DNA of 64,000 bases. Origin: Clostridia bacterium (GTDB taxonomy: Bacteria > Bacillota > Clostridia > Oscillospirales > CAG-272). The position numbers and the translations under genes were made by a program. Position 1 is the stretch's first letter. Every line of letters begins with the position of its first letter. The stretch spans positions 4,246-68,245 of the forward strand of contig JAFTKN010000027.1 in assembly GCA_017453255.1 (NCBI GenBank). The letters run 5' to 3'. The notes below the pieces were generated by a model that saw only the letters and a program-made list of their open reading frames with translations, searched no databases and was not told the origin of the DNA. Positions 48,975 to 59,732 of this stretch are shown here, piece after piece.

Positions 48975-49889
48975 ATGTTTGGTTACATTAAGCCTGATAT
49001 ACCTCAGCTTAAGGTTGTTGACTACGAGCTATATAAGGCTACATACTGTGGACTTTGTAAAACTATGGGTAAAAAGACAGGCTGTCTTTCTAATCTAACC
49101 CTTAGCTACGATTTTGCATTTTTAGCCTTTATGCGTATGGCTTTGTCTGACCATAAGTATGAAACTAAAATGGGTAGATGTATTTCTCACCCCTTCAAAA
49201 AAAGACCAATGCTATCCTTAAATCCGTCCCTTGAATTTTCTGCTAAATCAAGCACGATTTTAACAAGGCTGAAGCTAAAGGATAATATAAACGACAGTCA
49301 CGGCTTATCTAAGCTAAAGGCAAAAATTAAGGGGATAGTGTCTGTTTTGCTTAAAAAAACCGACAAATCTCTTAAGGAGCTTGAATTAAAAATCAAGGAA
49401 TGTATTGATGACCTTTCAAAATTGGAAAGGGAAAACTCAACCTCTATTGATAAAACGGCTGACACCTTTGGTAGGCTTCTTTCCATCGTTGGCTCTTACG
49501 GCTTAGATGGGATAAATGAGCGTATTGCTAAGGAGGCATGCTATCATTTAGGCAAGTGGATTTATGTAATTGATGCCTATGACGACTATTACGACGATAT
49601 AAAGAAAAAATCCTACAATGTGCTGGTAAATAATTATGGTGCTGATTTAAACGAGGATAGAATTTCGAATATCAAATGTGCATTGATTTTAGAGCTTGAG
49701 CAAATGTCAAAGAGCATTGAGCTTATAGATTTTACAGAAAAAAGCGACATTGAGCGCATAATCAAAAATATAATTTATTTAGGAATGCCCTCTGAATTTG
49801 AAAGAATTACGAAAAATGAAAAAAGACAAAAGCAAAGGGCAAAAATACTAAAAAAGCATACGGAGGTACAAAATGAGCAATCCATATGA
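48975..49889 (+). CDS. DUF5685-like protein with two Asp-rich motifs
   Basis: MFGYIKP...YCGLC...[26 protein letters not shown]; family name from recall. Confidence 0.75.
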   Translation: MFGYIKPDIPQLKVVDYELYKATYCGLCKTMGKKTGCLSNLTLSYDFAFLAFMRMALSDHKYETKMGRCISHPFKKRPMLSLNPSLEFSAKSSTILTRLKLKDNINDSHGLSKLKAKIKGIVSVLLKKTDKSLKELELKIKECIDDLSKLERENSTSIDKTADTFGRLLSIVGSYGLDGINERIAKEACYHLGKWIYVIDAYDDYYDDIKKKSYNVLVNNYGADLNEDRISNIKCALILELEQMSKSIELIDFTEKSDIERIIKNIIYLGMPSEFERITKNEKRQKQRAKILKKHTEVQNEQSI

Positions 49890-50469
49890 GGTTTTAGGCG
49901 TTTCTCCTAACTGTTCCAATGAGGAATTAAGAGACGCTTACAGAAAATTAGCAAAAAAATATCATCCTGACAACTATACAGACACTAACTTAGCTGACGT
50001 TGCTGAGGAAAAGATGAAGGAAATTAATGCTGCCTATGACGAGATTTTGCGTATTCGTACAGGTAAGCAAGGCAGTGGTGGTGAGCAAAATACAGGCTAC
50101 CAGAATAACACACAAAGAGACCCTGTTTATGATAGAATCAGACAGGCTATCAATGCAAGAAATTTCCGTCTTGCTGAACAGCTTTTAGGCTCAGTTAAGG
50201 CTGAAAATCGTGGAGCAGAATGGTACTTCCTTCGTGGCTGTGTGCTTTTACAGGGACAATACTACTTTGACGCACTTAACTATCTTGACAAGGCTTGTCA
50301 AATGGATCCAAACAATATGGAATACAGAAATATGCGTGACAGGGTAAGAAATCAGACAAACGGCTATGGCTCAAATCAAAGAGGAAATACAAATGCAGGT
50401 GGCTGTAATCTCTGTGACGTTTGTATGGCGCTTTACTGCCTTGACTGTATGTGTGGAGGCTTCAGATAA
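49873..50469 (+). CDS. J-domain protein with TPR-like segment and Cys-rich C-tail
   Basis: PYEVLGV...KYHPD...INAAYD; AEWYFLRG...DPNNMEY; CNLCDVC..YCLDCMC. Confidence 0.88.
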   Translation: MSNPYEVLGVSPNCSNEELRDAYRKLAKKYHPDNYTDTNLADVAEEKMKEINAAYDEILRIRTGKQGSGGEQNTGYQNNTQRDPVYDRIRQAINARNFRLAEQLLGSVKAENRGAEWYFLRGCVLLQGQYYFDALNYLDKACQMDPNNMEYRNMRDRVRNQTNGYGSNQRGNTNAGGCNLCDVCMALYCLDCMCGGFR

Positions 50470-50471
50470 GA

Positions 50472-50984
50472 ATGAAAAAAGCAAAAATAGCCTCATTTTG
50501 TGGAATTGTTTCCGCATTAAGCATTGTATTTTTGCTCCTTGGCTCGTTACTCGATATTTTTGATATAACAATGGTGGTAATTGCCTCGGCACTTTTAATG
50601 GTTGTCTATGAGGAAATGAGATATAACGCATTTTATGTATATGCAGTGACTCTTATCTTGGCGCTACTTATTTGCCCTAATAAGCTTATCGGTATTGAAT
50701 ATGCAGTTTTTGCAATCTATCCGATTTTAAGACCTCTTACTAATAAGCTTGGTAAGGTGGGTAGCTTAATTATAAGGCTTTTATATTCCTTAATTGCAAG
50801 CGCTGGAATTTGTCTGCTGATTCACTACGTATTTATGCCACTTGAGCCACTTTGGTTTGTCGTATGCTACTTTGTAGCAAATGTTGCAATTTTTATTCTT
50901 TTTGATATTTGCTTAAAAAGATTTAGCACCTATTACTATCTTAAGCTACGCAAGCAACTTAGAATTGATAGGTTTTTCCGTTAG
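50472..50984 (+). CDS. Hypothetical multi-pass membrane protein
   Basis: Mostly hydrophobic, about 170 aa, starts 2 nt after the J-protein stop. Confidence 0.75.
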   Translation: MKKAKIASFCGIVSALSIVFLLLGSLLDIFDITMVVIASALLMVVYEEMRYNAFYVYAVTLILALLICPNKLIGIEYAVFAIYPILRPLTNKLGKVGSLIIRLLYSLIASAGICLLIHYVFMPLEPLWFVVCYFVANVAIFILFDICLKRFSTYYYLKLRKQLRIDRFFR

Positions 50985-50995
50985 TGAAAATGACG

Positions 50996-51024
50996 AAAAA
51001 ATGCAGTTTATAACTGCATTTTTT
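50996..51024 (+). terminator. Intrinsic terminator
   Basis: AAAAAATGCAGTT-tat-AACTGCATTTTTT. Confidence 0.8.
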
Positions 51025-51117
51025 GTTTATCTATACAATAGTATAGCAAAAAACTTGACAAATTCTTATAGTATAATTTAAAATGATATTATATAATATT
51101 TTAAGGAAGTATATAAT

Positions 51118-52005
51118 ATGTTTAGAAGCATGACAGCATTCGGCAGAGCCAGAGAAACTATTGGCGCAAAGGATATAACTGCCGAGATTAAATCAGTAAA
51201 CAATAGGTACCTTGACTGCACAGTTAAAATCACAAGGCTATATAGCTTTTTAGAGGACAAGATTAAAAAATACCTTTCCGAAAAGGGAATTTCCCGTGGT
51301 AAAATTGAGGTTTATGTGGGAATCGACCTTCTTGAAAAGGAGGGGGTTGAGATTGGTCTTGATACAGCCTATGCTAAGTCCTATATTGACGCTCTTTATA
51401 AGCTTCGTGATACCTTTGATTTAAAGGACGATATTACAGTTTCAAGGGTTGCCTCAAATCACGATGTTTTCGTTACTAAAAAGCCAGAGGACGATATTGA
51501 AAAGGATTGGGTAGATATTAAGCTTGTGCTTGATAAGGCTATTTGTGCATTCTTGGAAAGACGTAATCAGGAGGGTGAAAACCTTTACAAAAATATCGTT
51601 GAAAAGATTGAAAATATCAAAGGATATTTAAAGGTAATTGAAAAGAATTCCGAAAGTGATATTAGTGGATATGCTAAGAAGCTTGAGGAAAGAATTGTTA
51701 AATTCTTAAATGATAACTCCGTTCAAATCGACGAGCAAAGAATACTTACTGAGGTTGCAATTTTTGCTGACAAGGTTGCAATCGACGAGGAGCTTGTTAG
51801 ATTAAATAGTCACTTTGACGCATTTTATGAGATTGTAAAGGCGGACGAGCCTGCTGGAAGAAAGCTTGATTTCTTGCTTCAGGAAATGAATAGAGAAACT
51901 AATACAATCGGCTCAAAGGCATCAAACTCCGATACTGCTCATTTAGTTGTAAGCATTAAAAACGAGCTTGAAAAAATCAGAGAGCAGATACAGAATATCG
52001 AATAA
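51118..52005 (+). CDS. yicC: YicC/YloC family endoribonuclease
   Basis: SMTAFGR, EIKSVNNRYLD, GRKLDFLLQEMNRETNTIGSK. Confidence 0.95.
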   Translation: MFRSMTAFGRARETIGAKDITAEIKSVNNRYLDCTVKITRLYSFLEDKIKKYLSEKGISRGKIEVYVGIDLLEKEGVEIGLDTAYAKSYIDALYKLRDTFDLKDDITVSRVASNHDVFVTKKPEDDIEKDWVDIKLVLDKAICAFLERRNQEGENLYKNIVEKIENIKGYLKVIEKNSESDISGYAKKLEERIVKFLNDNSVQIDEQRILTEVAIFADKVAIDEELVRLNSHFDAFYEIVKADEPAGRKLDFLLQEMNRETNTIGSKASNSDTAHLVVSIKNELEKIREQIQNIE

Positions 52006-52241
52006 TGAGATTTATTGATATTGGAGCAAGCAACATGGTGCTTGACACAAAAATTGTTGCGCTAATCACTCCAGACTCAGCACCAGCAAAGAGAATTGTT
52101 GGCGAGGCTAAGGAAAAGGGCAGAATTATTGACTGCACAGCAGGAAGGCGCACCCAAACGGTTATAATTACCGATTCAGACCATGTAATTTTATCATACC
52201 TGACTACCGACCAGCTTGGTAAAAGGTTGAACGGAGAATAA
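52005..52241 (+). CDS. remA: RemA/DUF370 family protein
   Basis: PDSAPAKR, IDCTAGRRT, SDHVILS; yicC-remA-gmk order. Confidence 0.88.
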   Translation: MRFIDIGASNMVLDTKIVALITPDSAPAKRIVGEAKEKGRIIDCTAGRRTQTVIITDSDHVILSYLTTDQLGKRLNGE

Positions 52242-52242
52242 T

Positions 52243-52848
52243 ATGAGAAAAGGCTTACTATTTATAATTTCAGGCCCTGCTGGTAGTGGTAAGGGCACGG
52301 TTGTTAGGGAGCTTATTGAAAAGCATAAGGAGCTTAAGCTTTCTATTTCAGCCACAACGAGAGAGCCAAGGGCTGGCGAGGTACACGGAGTACATTATTA
52401 TTACATAAGCAAGGAAGAATTTGAGGATAGAATTAATAAGGGCAAAATGCTTGAATATACAACCTATTCGCAAAACTATTACGGAACTCCTGAAAAGGAG
52501 GTAAGCGAGGCTATGGAAAATGGCTTTGACGTAATACTTGAGATTGAGGTTGATGGCGCAATGCAGATTAAGAAAAAGCTTGAAAATTCCGTTCTTATTA
52601 TGCTAACCCCACCAAATAGCCAGGTTTTAGAAAGCAGGCTAAGAGGTAGAGGAACAGAAAAGGAGGACGTTATCAAGTGGAGGCTTGAAAGGGCTAAGGA
52701 GGAAATTAAGCTCCTTACTGAGTATGATTATTCCGTTGTGAATAATGATAACGAGGCTGATAAATGTGCCGAAACAATTTATTCTATAATCAATGCTGAG
52801 CATCAAAAAACAAAATATACTAAGTCAATTATTGAAAAATTTATATAA
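52243..52848 (+). CDS. gmk: Guanylate kinase
   Basis: SGPAGSGKGT, SATTREPRAGE, NYYGT. Confidence 0.98.
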   Translation: MRKGLLFIISGPAGSGKGTVVRELIEKHKELKLSISATTREPRAGEVHGVHYYYISKEEFEDRINKGKMLEYTTYSQNYYGTPEKEVSEAMENGFDVILEIEVDGAMQIKKKLENSVLIMLTPPNSQVLESRLRGRGTEKEDVIKWRLERAKEEIKLLTEYDYSVVNNDNEADKCAETIYSIINAEHQKTKYTKSIIEKFI

Positions 52849-52866
52849 GCAAAAGGAGAATACAAA

Positions 52867-53352
52867 ATGCTTTACCCATCAATTCAGGAATTATTAAACG
52901 CAACATCAAAGGACGGCAAGGAAAAGCTTAACAAATATTCACTAACTATGGCTACTGCAAAGTGTGCCCGTGTTGTTACAAATGACTATCTTGAGCAACG
53001 CTATAATGCTGAAAAGAAGATTAGCAACAAGGAAACAGATAAGGACTTTTTGTCCCTTGTAAACAGAGAGTACAGAGATGAAAAGAGCGTTAAGAACGCA
53101 GTTAAGGAAATCAACGAGGGCAAGTTTGAGATTTTACTACCAGGCGAGGAGGGCTATGAGGATAGCATCGTTGAGGTAGTTGACTACCAAGAGCCAAAGG
53201 TTGAAACCTTCTTTATGGAAAAGAAGGAGGAGGATAAGACCGAGCAAGAGGACGAGGAAACAAACGAGATTGAAGAAATCATGGATATTGAAGAGGTTTA
53301 TGAGGACGGCTACGACGAGGCTGAGGGCTTCTACGTAGAGGGCGACGAATAA
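52867..53352 (+). CDS. rpoZ: RNA polymerase omega subunit with internal insertion and acidic C-tail
   Basis: MLYPSIQELL, NKYSLTMATAKCAR, KSVKNAVKEINEGK; directly after gmk. Confidence 0.82.
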   Translation: MLYPSIQELLNATSKDGKEKLNKYSLTMATAKCARVVTNDYLEQRYNAEKKISNKETDKDFLSLVNREYRDEKSVKNAVKEINEGKFEILLPGEEGYEDSIVEVVDYQEPKVETFFMEKKEEDKTEQEDEETNEIEEIMDIEEVYEDGYDEAEGFYVEGDE

Positions 53353-53403
53353 AAAATGCTCTTAGAGCAAAATTAATGTAACTATCTTACAAGGAGGCTT
53401 TTT

Positions 53404-55896
53404 ATGATAGGTAAATATATAAATGTGCATATATTTGACGTTCCATATCAAGCCGACTGTGAATATACCTATTTTGTGCCAAGCTATCTAAGCTCTGACG
53501 TAAAGCGAGGCTCGATTATAGTTGTTCCTTTTGGAAAAAGTGATAAGCACCATTTAGCCTTAGCTATAAAGGAATGTAATCAACCTCTTTCCTCTGATTA
53601 TAAAACTATAATTTCCGTTTTAAGCGATTATTTTACCTTAAATGAGGAAATGATAGAGCTTTGCTATTTTATGAAAAGACAGACCCTTTCTACAATAGGG
53701 GAGGCTGTAAAATGTATGGTTCCTGCTTCCTTAGGAACAAGGGCTAAGGAGCTTTTTACTGTAAGAGAGGGCACTTTAGCAAAAAAGCACGAGAGCTTGT
53801 TTGAGTTTATTAAAAATAACCCCAATGTCCCTTATGAAAAATTAAAGGATAGAGAGGACTTTTCAAATGAGGCAATAGCCTATCTTTTAAGAAATGGCTA
53901 TGTTAAAAAGGATACGTGCCTTATAGAGCAGGATAAAACAAAATACGAAAATAGAATTACATTAAAAATTAGCAAGGACGAGGCTTGTAAAATTGCAGAC
54001 GGAGAGGGGAAAATTAAGCTACGCAGTCAGAAGCAATGCGAAATTTTAACCTTACTCTGTGAATATACTGAGCTTAGTGATAGCCAAATATATTCAATCC
54101 TTAATGCAAACAAGTCACATATAGATGCACTATTAAAAAAGGACTTAATTTCTCTTGAAAAAATTAAGCTCTTTCGCGACCCATATAAGCAGGCAAAGGA
54201 AAATATAAACAAGGAAAGCGTTGTTTTAAACGAGGTACAAGAAAGTGCCTTTTCAGAGCTTAAGAGCCTTTACTATTCAGAGGGTGCAAGCGCAGCCTTG
54301 CTATATGGAATTACAGGTAGTGGTAAAACAAGCGTAATTAAGAAAATGATAGACGAGGTAATTAAGGATAATAAAAGCGTTATTATCTTAGTGCCCGAAA
54401 TTTCTCTAACACCACAAACGGTTTCTGTTTTTTGTGGATATTATGGAGATAGAGTTGCTGTTATTCACTCCTCGCTATCCTTAGGAGAGCGCTTTGATAC
54501 CTATAAAAAAATAAAAAACGGAGAAATTGACATAGTTATCGGCACTCGCTCCGCAGTCTTTGCTCCACTTGAAAATCTCGGTATGATAGTAATCGACGAG
54601 GAGCAGGAGCATACATATAAGTCCGATACAAGCCCAAAATATTTAGCCCACGATATTGCAAGGTTCAGAGTAGCTAAGAATAATGCGCTTATGCTCCTTG
54701 CCTCTGCAACACCGTCACTTAATTCCTTTTATAAGGCTAAGGAGGGCAAATATGCGCTTATAAAAATGATGTCAAGATATGGAGTAGCCACTCTACCAGA
54801 CGTAATTATTACAGATATGCGTAAGGAAAGGGTAAGGGGAAACGCTTCACCCTTTAGTGTTAAGCTACTTGAATATATGCAAAGAACCCTTGAGGATAAA
54901 AAGCAATCAATTTTGTTTTTAAACAGACGTGGCTACCATTCCTCACTAAGCTGTCAAGCCTGTGGTCAGGTTTTAGAGTGTCCTAATTGCTCCGTTGCCT
55001 TGACATACCATTCATACAAGAAAATAGACAAGGACTTAAGTCCTGAAAATATAGATAGCGTAATGGCTAAAAGTGGCATTTTACGTTGTCACTACTGTGG
55101 CTATCATACAAAGGTACCAAGCAAATGTAAGGAATGTGGTCAGGAAAAATTTGACTATGTTGGTTTTGGAACTCAAAGGGCTGAGGGTGATTTAAAAGAG
55201 CTTTTTCCAAGCATAAGAGCATTAAGGCTTGATGCAGATACAACCACCTCAAAAAGCTCCTATGAAAGAATTTTAAGCTCCTTTAGACAGGGCGAGGCTG
55301 ATGTTATGATAGGCACGCAAATGGTAACTAAGGGACATAACTTTCCAAGCGTTACATTAGTAGGTGTTGTGCTTGCCGATACTATGCTTTATACAAGCGA
55401 CTATCGTGCAAGTGAGAGAACCTTTTCGATGCTTACACAGGTTATAGGAAGGGCAGGCAGAGCTAAGGATAAGGGAAGTGCAATTATCCAAACAAACTCA
55501 CCAAACGACCAAGCAATAATATTAAGTGCAAGACAGGATTACGACGCCTTTTATGAAAACGAAATCCAAGTAAGAAAGGCTTATAATTTTCCACCGTTTT
55601 GCGATATAGCTATGCTGACTATCTCCTCGACAAACGAAAAGGAGCTTGACCAGTACGGTAAGGAATTAATCAAGGATTTAGAAATAGAGATTAATAAAAT
55701 TGGTGCACCTGCTTTAGCATATGGTCCATTTGAAGCACCTGTATATAAGGCACAGGGCAGATACAGAAAAAGAATAATTATTAAATGTAAGCTAAACAAT
55801 CAGTTGAGAGATATGTTTTCCTCTCTTTATATTAAATATCTTAAGAAGGGAAGCAAAAATCACATATCAATAGACTTTAATCCATCGAGCATATAA
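53404..55896 (+). CDS. priA: Primosomal protein N'
   Basis: GITGSGKT, VPEISLTPQ, DEEQE, four CxxC pairs, QVIGRAGR. Confidence 0.97.
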   Translation: MIGKYINVHIFDVPYQADCEYTYFVPSYLSSDVKRGSIIVVPFGKSDKHHLALAIKECNQPLSSDYKTIISVLSDYFTLNEEMIELCYFMKRQTLSTIGEAVKCMVPASLGTRAKELFTVREGTLAKKHESLFEFIKNNPNVPYEKLKDREDFSNEAIAYLLRNGYVKKDTCLIEQDKTKYENRITLKISKDEACKIADGEGKIKLRSQKQCEILTLLCEYTELSDSQIYSILNANKSHIDALLKKDLISLEKIKLFRDPYKQAKENINKESVVLNEVQESAFSELKSLYYSEGASAALLYGITGSGKTSVIKKMIDEVIKDNKSVIILVPEISLTPQTVSVFCGYYGDRVAVIHSSLSLGERFDTYKKIKNGEIDIVIGTRSAVFAPLENLGMIVIDEEQEHTYKSDTSPKYLAHDIARFRVAKNNALMLLASATPSLNSFYKAKEGKYALIKMMSRYGVATLPDVIITDMRKERVRGNASPFSVKLLEYMQRTLEDKKQSILFLNRRGYHSSLSCQACGQVLECPNCSVALTYHSYKKIDKDLSPENIDSVMAKSGILRCHYCGYHTKVPSKCKECGQEKFDYVGFGTQRAEGDLKELFPSIRALRLDADTTTSKSSYERILSSFRQGEADVMIGTQMVTKGHNFPSVTLVGVVLADTMLYTSDYRASERTFSMLTQVIGRAGRAKDKGSAIIQTNSPNDQAIILSARQDYDAFYENEIQVRKAYNFPPFCDIAMLTISSTNEKELDQYGKELIKDLEIEINKIGAPALAYGPFEAPVYKAQGRYRKRIIIKCKLNNQLRDMFSSLYIKYLKKGSKNHISIDFNPSSI

Positions 55897-55905
55897 GGAG
55901 GAAAT

Positions 55906-56376
55906 ATGGCAGTATTAAATATTGTTAAGGAAAGTGATAACGAGGAATTTCTCAGAAAGACAAGCAAAGAGGTTACTGAGATAACACCAAGAATTTTAAC
56001 TCTAATTGACGATATGGTTGAAACAATGCGCCATGCAAACGGCTGTGGACTTGCCGCCGTTCAGGTTGGAGTTTTACGCAGAATAGTTGTTATAGAAACA
56101 GACGAGGGACTTTTTGAGCTTATAAACCCAAGAATTGTTAAGACAAGCGGAACGCAACAGGGTGTTGAGGGCTGTCTATCTCTACCAGGGAAATGGGGTA
56201 TTACAAAAAGACCAAAGGCTGTAACAGTAAGGGCTCTTAACAGAAAGGGCGAGGAAATTGAGATAACAGGCTACGATTTACTTGCTAAGGCTATGTGCCA
56301 TGAGCTTGACCATTTAGATGGTACTTTATATACCGATAAGGTAATTCGTATGGTTAGGGAAGACGAGTTAGAATGA
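55906..56376 (+). CDS. def: Peptide deformylase
   Basis: GCGLAAVQ, EGCLS, HELDH. Confidence 0.98.
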   Translation: MAVLNIVKESDNEEFLRKTSKEVTEITPRILTLIDDMVETMRHANGCGLAAVQVGVLRRIVVIETDEGLFELINPRIVKTSGTQQGVEGCLSLPGKWGITKRPKAVTVRALNRKGEEIEITGYDLLAKAMCHELDHLDGTLYTDKVIRMVREDELE

Positions 56377-57299
56377 GAATTTTATTTATGGGTACTCCCG
56401 ACTTTGCTAAGGAATGTCTTAAGGCAATTTACGAGAGTGAAAACGAGGTTATAGGAGTTGTTACAACACCAGATAAGCCAAGAGGCAGAGGTATGGTATT
56501 AACACCTACACCAGTAAAAGCCTTTGCTTTGGAAAAGGGACTAAGGGTCTATGAGCCACTTACTCTTAAGGACGGTGCGTTTTTAGATGTCTTAAATGAG
56601 CTTATGCCTGAATTGATAGTAGTAGTTGCATATGGTAAAATACTACCTAAATATGTCCTTGAGTTTGCAAAATTCGGCTGTATAAATGCCCATGCCTCAA
56701 TTTTACCTAAGTATAGAGGGGCAGCGCCTATTCAAAGAGCCATTATAGATGGCGAGAGGGAAACAGGCGTTAGCATTATGCAAATGGATGAGGGACTTGA
56801 TACAGGCGACGTTATCCTTACAAATAAGGTAACAATCGAAAATGACGATAACTTTGAGTCCGTTCACGATAAGCTAATTGTAGCCTCCTGCAAGGGACTT
56901 TTAGAGGTAATTTCCCTTTTTGAAAGAGGAGAAGCACATAAAACCCCACAAGGTAACAATTTTACCTATGCTGAAAAGATAACAAAGGCTGATTGCCTGA
57001 TTGATTTTTCAAAATCAGCAAAAGAGGTTCATAATCAGATAAGAGGACTAAGTCCAATACCTCTTTCATATACAATTTGTCAGGATAAAAGCGTTTTAAA
57101 AATCGTAAGGGCGCATATATCACAAGAAAGCCTTGACGGACAAATTGGAGAGGTTGTTTCCTTAAATGGTGGAATTTACGTAAAATGCAAGGATAACTGC
57201 ATAGTAATTGACGAGTTAGTTCCACAGGGCAAGGGAAAAATGGATGCAAAATCATATATAAACGGAAGAAAAATCAAAATTGGTGACATTTTAGGATAG
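56373..57299 (+). CDS. fmt: Methionyl-tRNA formyltransferase
   Basis: FMGTPDFA, HASILPKYRGAAPI, GLDTGD. Confidence 0.98.
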   Translation: MRILFMGTPDFAKECLKAIYESENEVIGVVTTPDKPRGRGMVLTPTPVKAFALEKGLRVYEPLTLKDGAFLDVLNELMPELIVVVAYGKILPKYVLEFAKFGCINAHASILPKYRGAAPIQRAIIDGERETGVSIMQMDEGLDTGDVILTNKVTIENDDNFESVHDKLIVASCKGLLEVISLFERGEAHKTPQGNNFTYAEKITKADCLIDFSKSAKEVHNQIRGLSPIPLSYTICQDKSVLKIVRAHISQESLDGQIGEVVSLNGGIYVKCKDNCIVIDELVPQGKGKMDAKSYINGRKIKIGDILG

Positions 57300-57363
57300 C
57301 ATATACCCAGTCAAACCCGATCGGATATACTGTGGATAGCAAAATTCATTGAAAGGAGAAAAT

Positions 57364-58665
57364 ATGGTAAATCCAAGAAAATTAGTGCTTGATTCGCTTA
57401 TAAAGAGCGAAACGGTAGGTAGCTACTCAAACATTGAGATAAATACCACCCTTACAAGAAATCAATTAAGCAATGTGGATTCAAGGCTATATACTCTCCT
57501 TTATTTAGGTACTCTTGAAAAAAAGCTATACCTTGATTATATAATCAAGTCATATTCTAAAATCAAGCTAAGTGACATTGAAATAGATACAAAATGTGCA
57601 TTAAGATTAGGTCTTTATCAGCTAATCTTTTGCGACAAAATACCAGATTATAGTGCAATAGATGAAAGCGTTTCCTTAGCACCTAAAAAATCAAAGGGCT
57701 TTGTTAATGCTATTTTACGCTCATTTTTAAGAGATGAAAAAATCGTAAGGCTACCAAAGGACGAGCTTGAGAGCTTGAGCATAGAAGCGTCAATTCCAAT
57801 GAAGCTTTTATGCCTTTTAATTGATTCCTATGGTAAAAGCGAGGTATTTAATCTTTTAAAATATAACGAAAAAAGCTCACCTCTTTCAATAAGAGTAAAT
57901 ACCCTAAGGGCAACTAAAGAGGAAATATTTGATTATTTATCAAGTAATGGCTATGAGCCAAGCTATTCAAAAATAGCTAAGGACATAATTATTTGCAATA
58001 CACAAATTGGAAAAATAAAGGAATTAATCGACACAGGTAAGGTATTTATTCAGGACGAAAGCTCTAAAATAGCAACTGAGGTTTTTTCAGCTGAGCCAAA
58101 TGAGAAAATATTAGATGCCTGCGCCTGCCCTGGTGGAAAAAGCTTTTCTATCGCTATAGATATGGAAAATAAGGGAGAGCTTTTATCCTGTGATTTGCAC
58201 GAAAGCAAGCTAAGGCTCATTACTAATGGAGCTAAAAGGTTAGGCATTGATATTATCACAGCAAGAGAGCAAAATGCTAAGCTACCTGTCTGTGATTACA
58301 TAGAAAAATTTGATAGGGTGCTTTGTGACGTGCCCTGCTCAGGCTTAGGAATTATCTTTAAAAAGCCTGATATTAAATACAAAAGCATAGAGGATATAAA
58401 AAACCTACCTAAAATACAGTACGAGATATTAAATAACTGCTCAAAATATGTAAAAATAGGTGGCGTTTTAGTATATTCCACCTGCACACTAAATAAGCAG
58501 GAAAACGAAAATAATATTGAAAAATTCTTACAGGAAAATAAGGACTTTGAGCCACTTGATTTTTCAGTAGGTGATATAAAATCAAAGGGGGGAGTGTTTA
58601 CCTTTTTGCCACATAGAGATAAAACAGACGGCTTCTTTGTTGCAAAAATGGTAAGAAAGCAGTAA
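57364..58665 (+). CDS. rsmB: 16S rRNA m5C967 methyltransferase
   Basis: DACACPGGKS, DVPCSG, YSTCT, DGFF. Confidence 0.95.
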   Translation: MVNPRKLVLDSLIKSETVGSYSNIEINTTLTRNQLSNVDSRLYTLLYLGTLEKKLYLDYIIKSYSKIKLSDIEIDTKCALRLGLYQLIFCDKIPDYSAIDESVSLAPKKSKGFVNAILRSFLRDEKIVRLPKDELESLSIEASIPMKLLCLLIDSYGKSEVFNLLKYNEKSSPLSIRVNTLRATKEEIFDYLSSNGYEPSYSKIAKDIIICNTQIGKIKELIDTGKVFIQDESSKIATEVFSAEPNEKILDACACPGGKSFSIAIDMENKGELLSCDLHESKLRLITNGAKRLGIDIITAREQNAKLPVCDYIEKFDRVLCDVPCSGLGIIFKKPDIKYKSIEDIKNLPKIQYEILNNCSKYVKIGGVLVYSTCTLNKQENENNIEKFLQENKDFEPLDFSVGDIKSKGGVFTFLPHRDKTDGFFVAKMVRKQ

Positions 58666-59732
58666 TGGATACACAAGCCTCTAAAATAGATATTCTTTCA
58701 TTAAGCCTTGATGAGCTTAGTGAGAAAATTGTTGAAATTGGTGAGCCAAAATTCAGAGCTAAGCAGATTTTTTCTTGGATAAACAAGGGTATGTTTGGTA
58801 GTGAAATGACAAATATTTCAGTAGCATTACAAAATAAGCTTGAGGGCGTGTTTGAATTTAGGCTTCCTAAGGTTAAAAAAAGATTAGTTTCTAAGCTTGA
58901 CGGAACTATAAAATACCTATTTGAGCTAATAGACGGAGAGCAAATTGAGTCTGTGTTTATGGAATATGAGCATGGTAACACTCTTTGTATTTCCTCACAG
59001 GTTGGCTGTAGAATGGGCTGTAAATTCTGTGCCTCAACCTTAGCTGGTAGAGTCAGGGATTTAACCCCGTCAGAAATGCTTGGTCAGATAATCTCAGCCC
59101 AGAGGGACACAGGAAAAAGAATTTCCAATGTGGTTATGATGGGCATTGGCGAGCCACTTGATAATTACGATAATGTAATTAAGTTTTTAAGGCTCGTAAG
59201 CTCCGAAAACGGACTAAACATAGGCTTAAGGCATATTTCACTTTCAACCTGTGGTCTTGTTGACAAAATTGATATGCTTTCAAATGAGGGCTTACCAATT
59301 ACCTTGTCAATTTCCTTGCACGCCTATGACGATGAGGTTCGCTCACAAATTATGCCTGTGAACAAAAAATATCCAATAGGTGAGCTTTTAAAGGCTTGCG
59401 ACAGATATTTTAACAAGACAGGCAGACGTATTTCCTTTGAATATACGCTAATAGCAGGTAAAAACGATACAAGGGAGGGAGCATTAGCCCTTGCATCGCT
59501 ACTTAAAAAATATTTAAAAAGCTCCCAGCACGTTAATCTGATACCATTAAATGAGGTTTCGGAAACAGGACTAAGAACCTCAAAAAATGTAAATTTATTT
59601 AAAAACACCTTGCTTTCACAGGGCATAAATGCAACAGTCAGACGTAAATTAGGCTCTGATATAAATGCGTCCTGTGGTCAGCTAAGAAGACAAGAGGCAA
59701 TAAAGAAAATTGACAAGGAGGACACTAAATGA
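58665..59732 (+). CDS. rlmN: 23S rRNA m2A2503 methyltransferase (radical SAM)
   Basis: SSQVGCRMGCKFC, MMGIGEP, ASCGQL. Confidence 0.97.
   Translation: MDTQASKIDILSLSLDELSEKIVEIGEPKFRAKQIFSWINKGMFGSEMTNISVALQNKLEGVFEFRLPKVKKRLVSKLDGTIKYLFELIDGEQIESVFMEYEHGNTLCISSQVGCRMGCKFCASTLAGRVRDLTPSEMLGQIISAQRDTGKRISNVVMMGIGEPLDNYDNVIKFLRLVSSENGLNIGLRHISLSTCGLVDKIDMLSNEGLPITLSISLHAYDDEVRSQIMPVNKKYPIGELLKACDRYFNKTGRRISFEYTLIAGKNDTREGALALASLLKKYLKSSQHVNLIPLNEVSETGLRTSKNVNLFKNTLLSQGINATVRRKLGSDINASCGQLRRQEAIKKIDKEDTK

Noticed and set aside
13107-57363. Longest-ORF starts for pduL, araD, rplC, rpsD, spoIIR, rsmB and others
   Set aside because: Downstream starts have proper SD sequences and match family N-termini, so coordinates were corrected.
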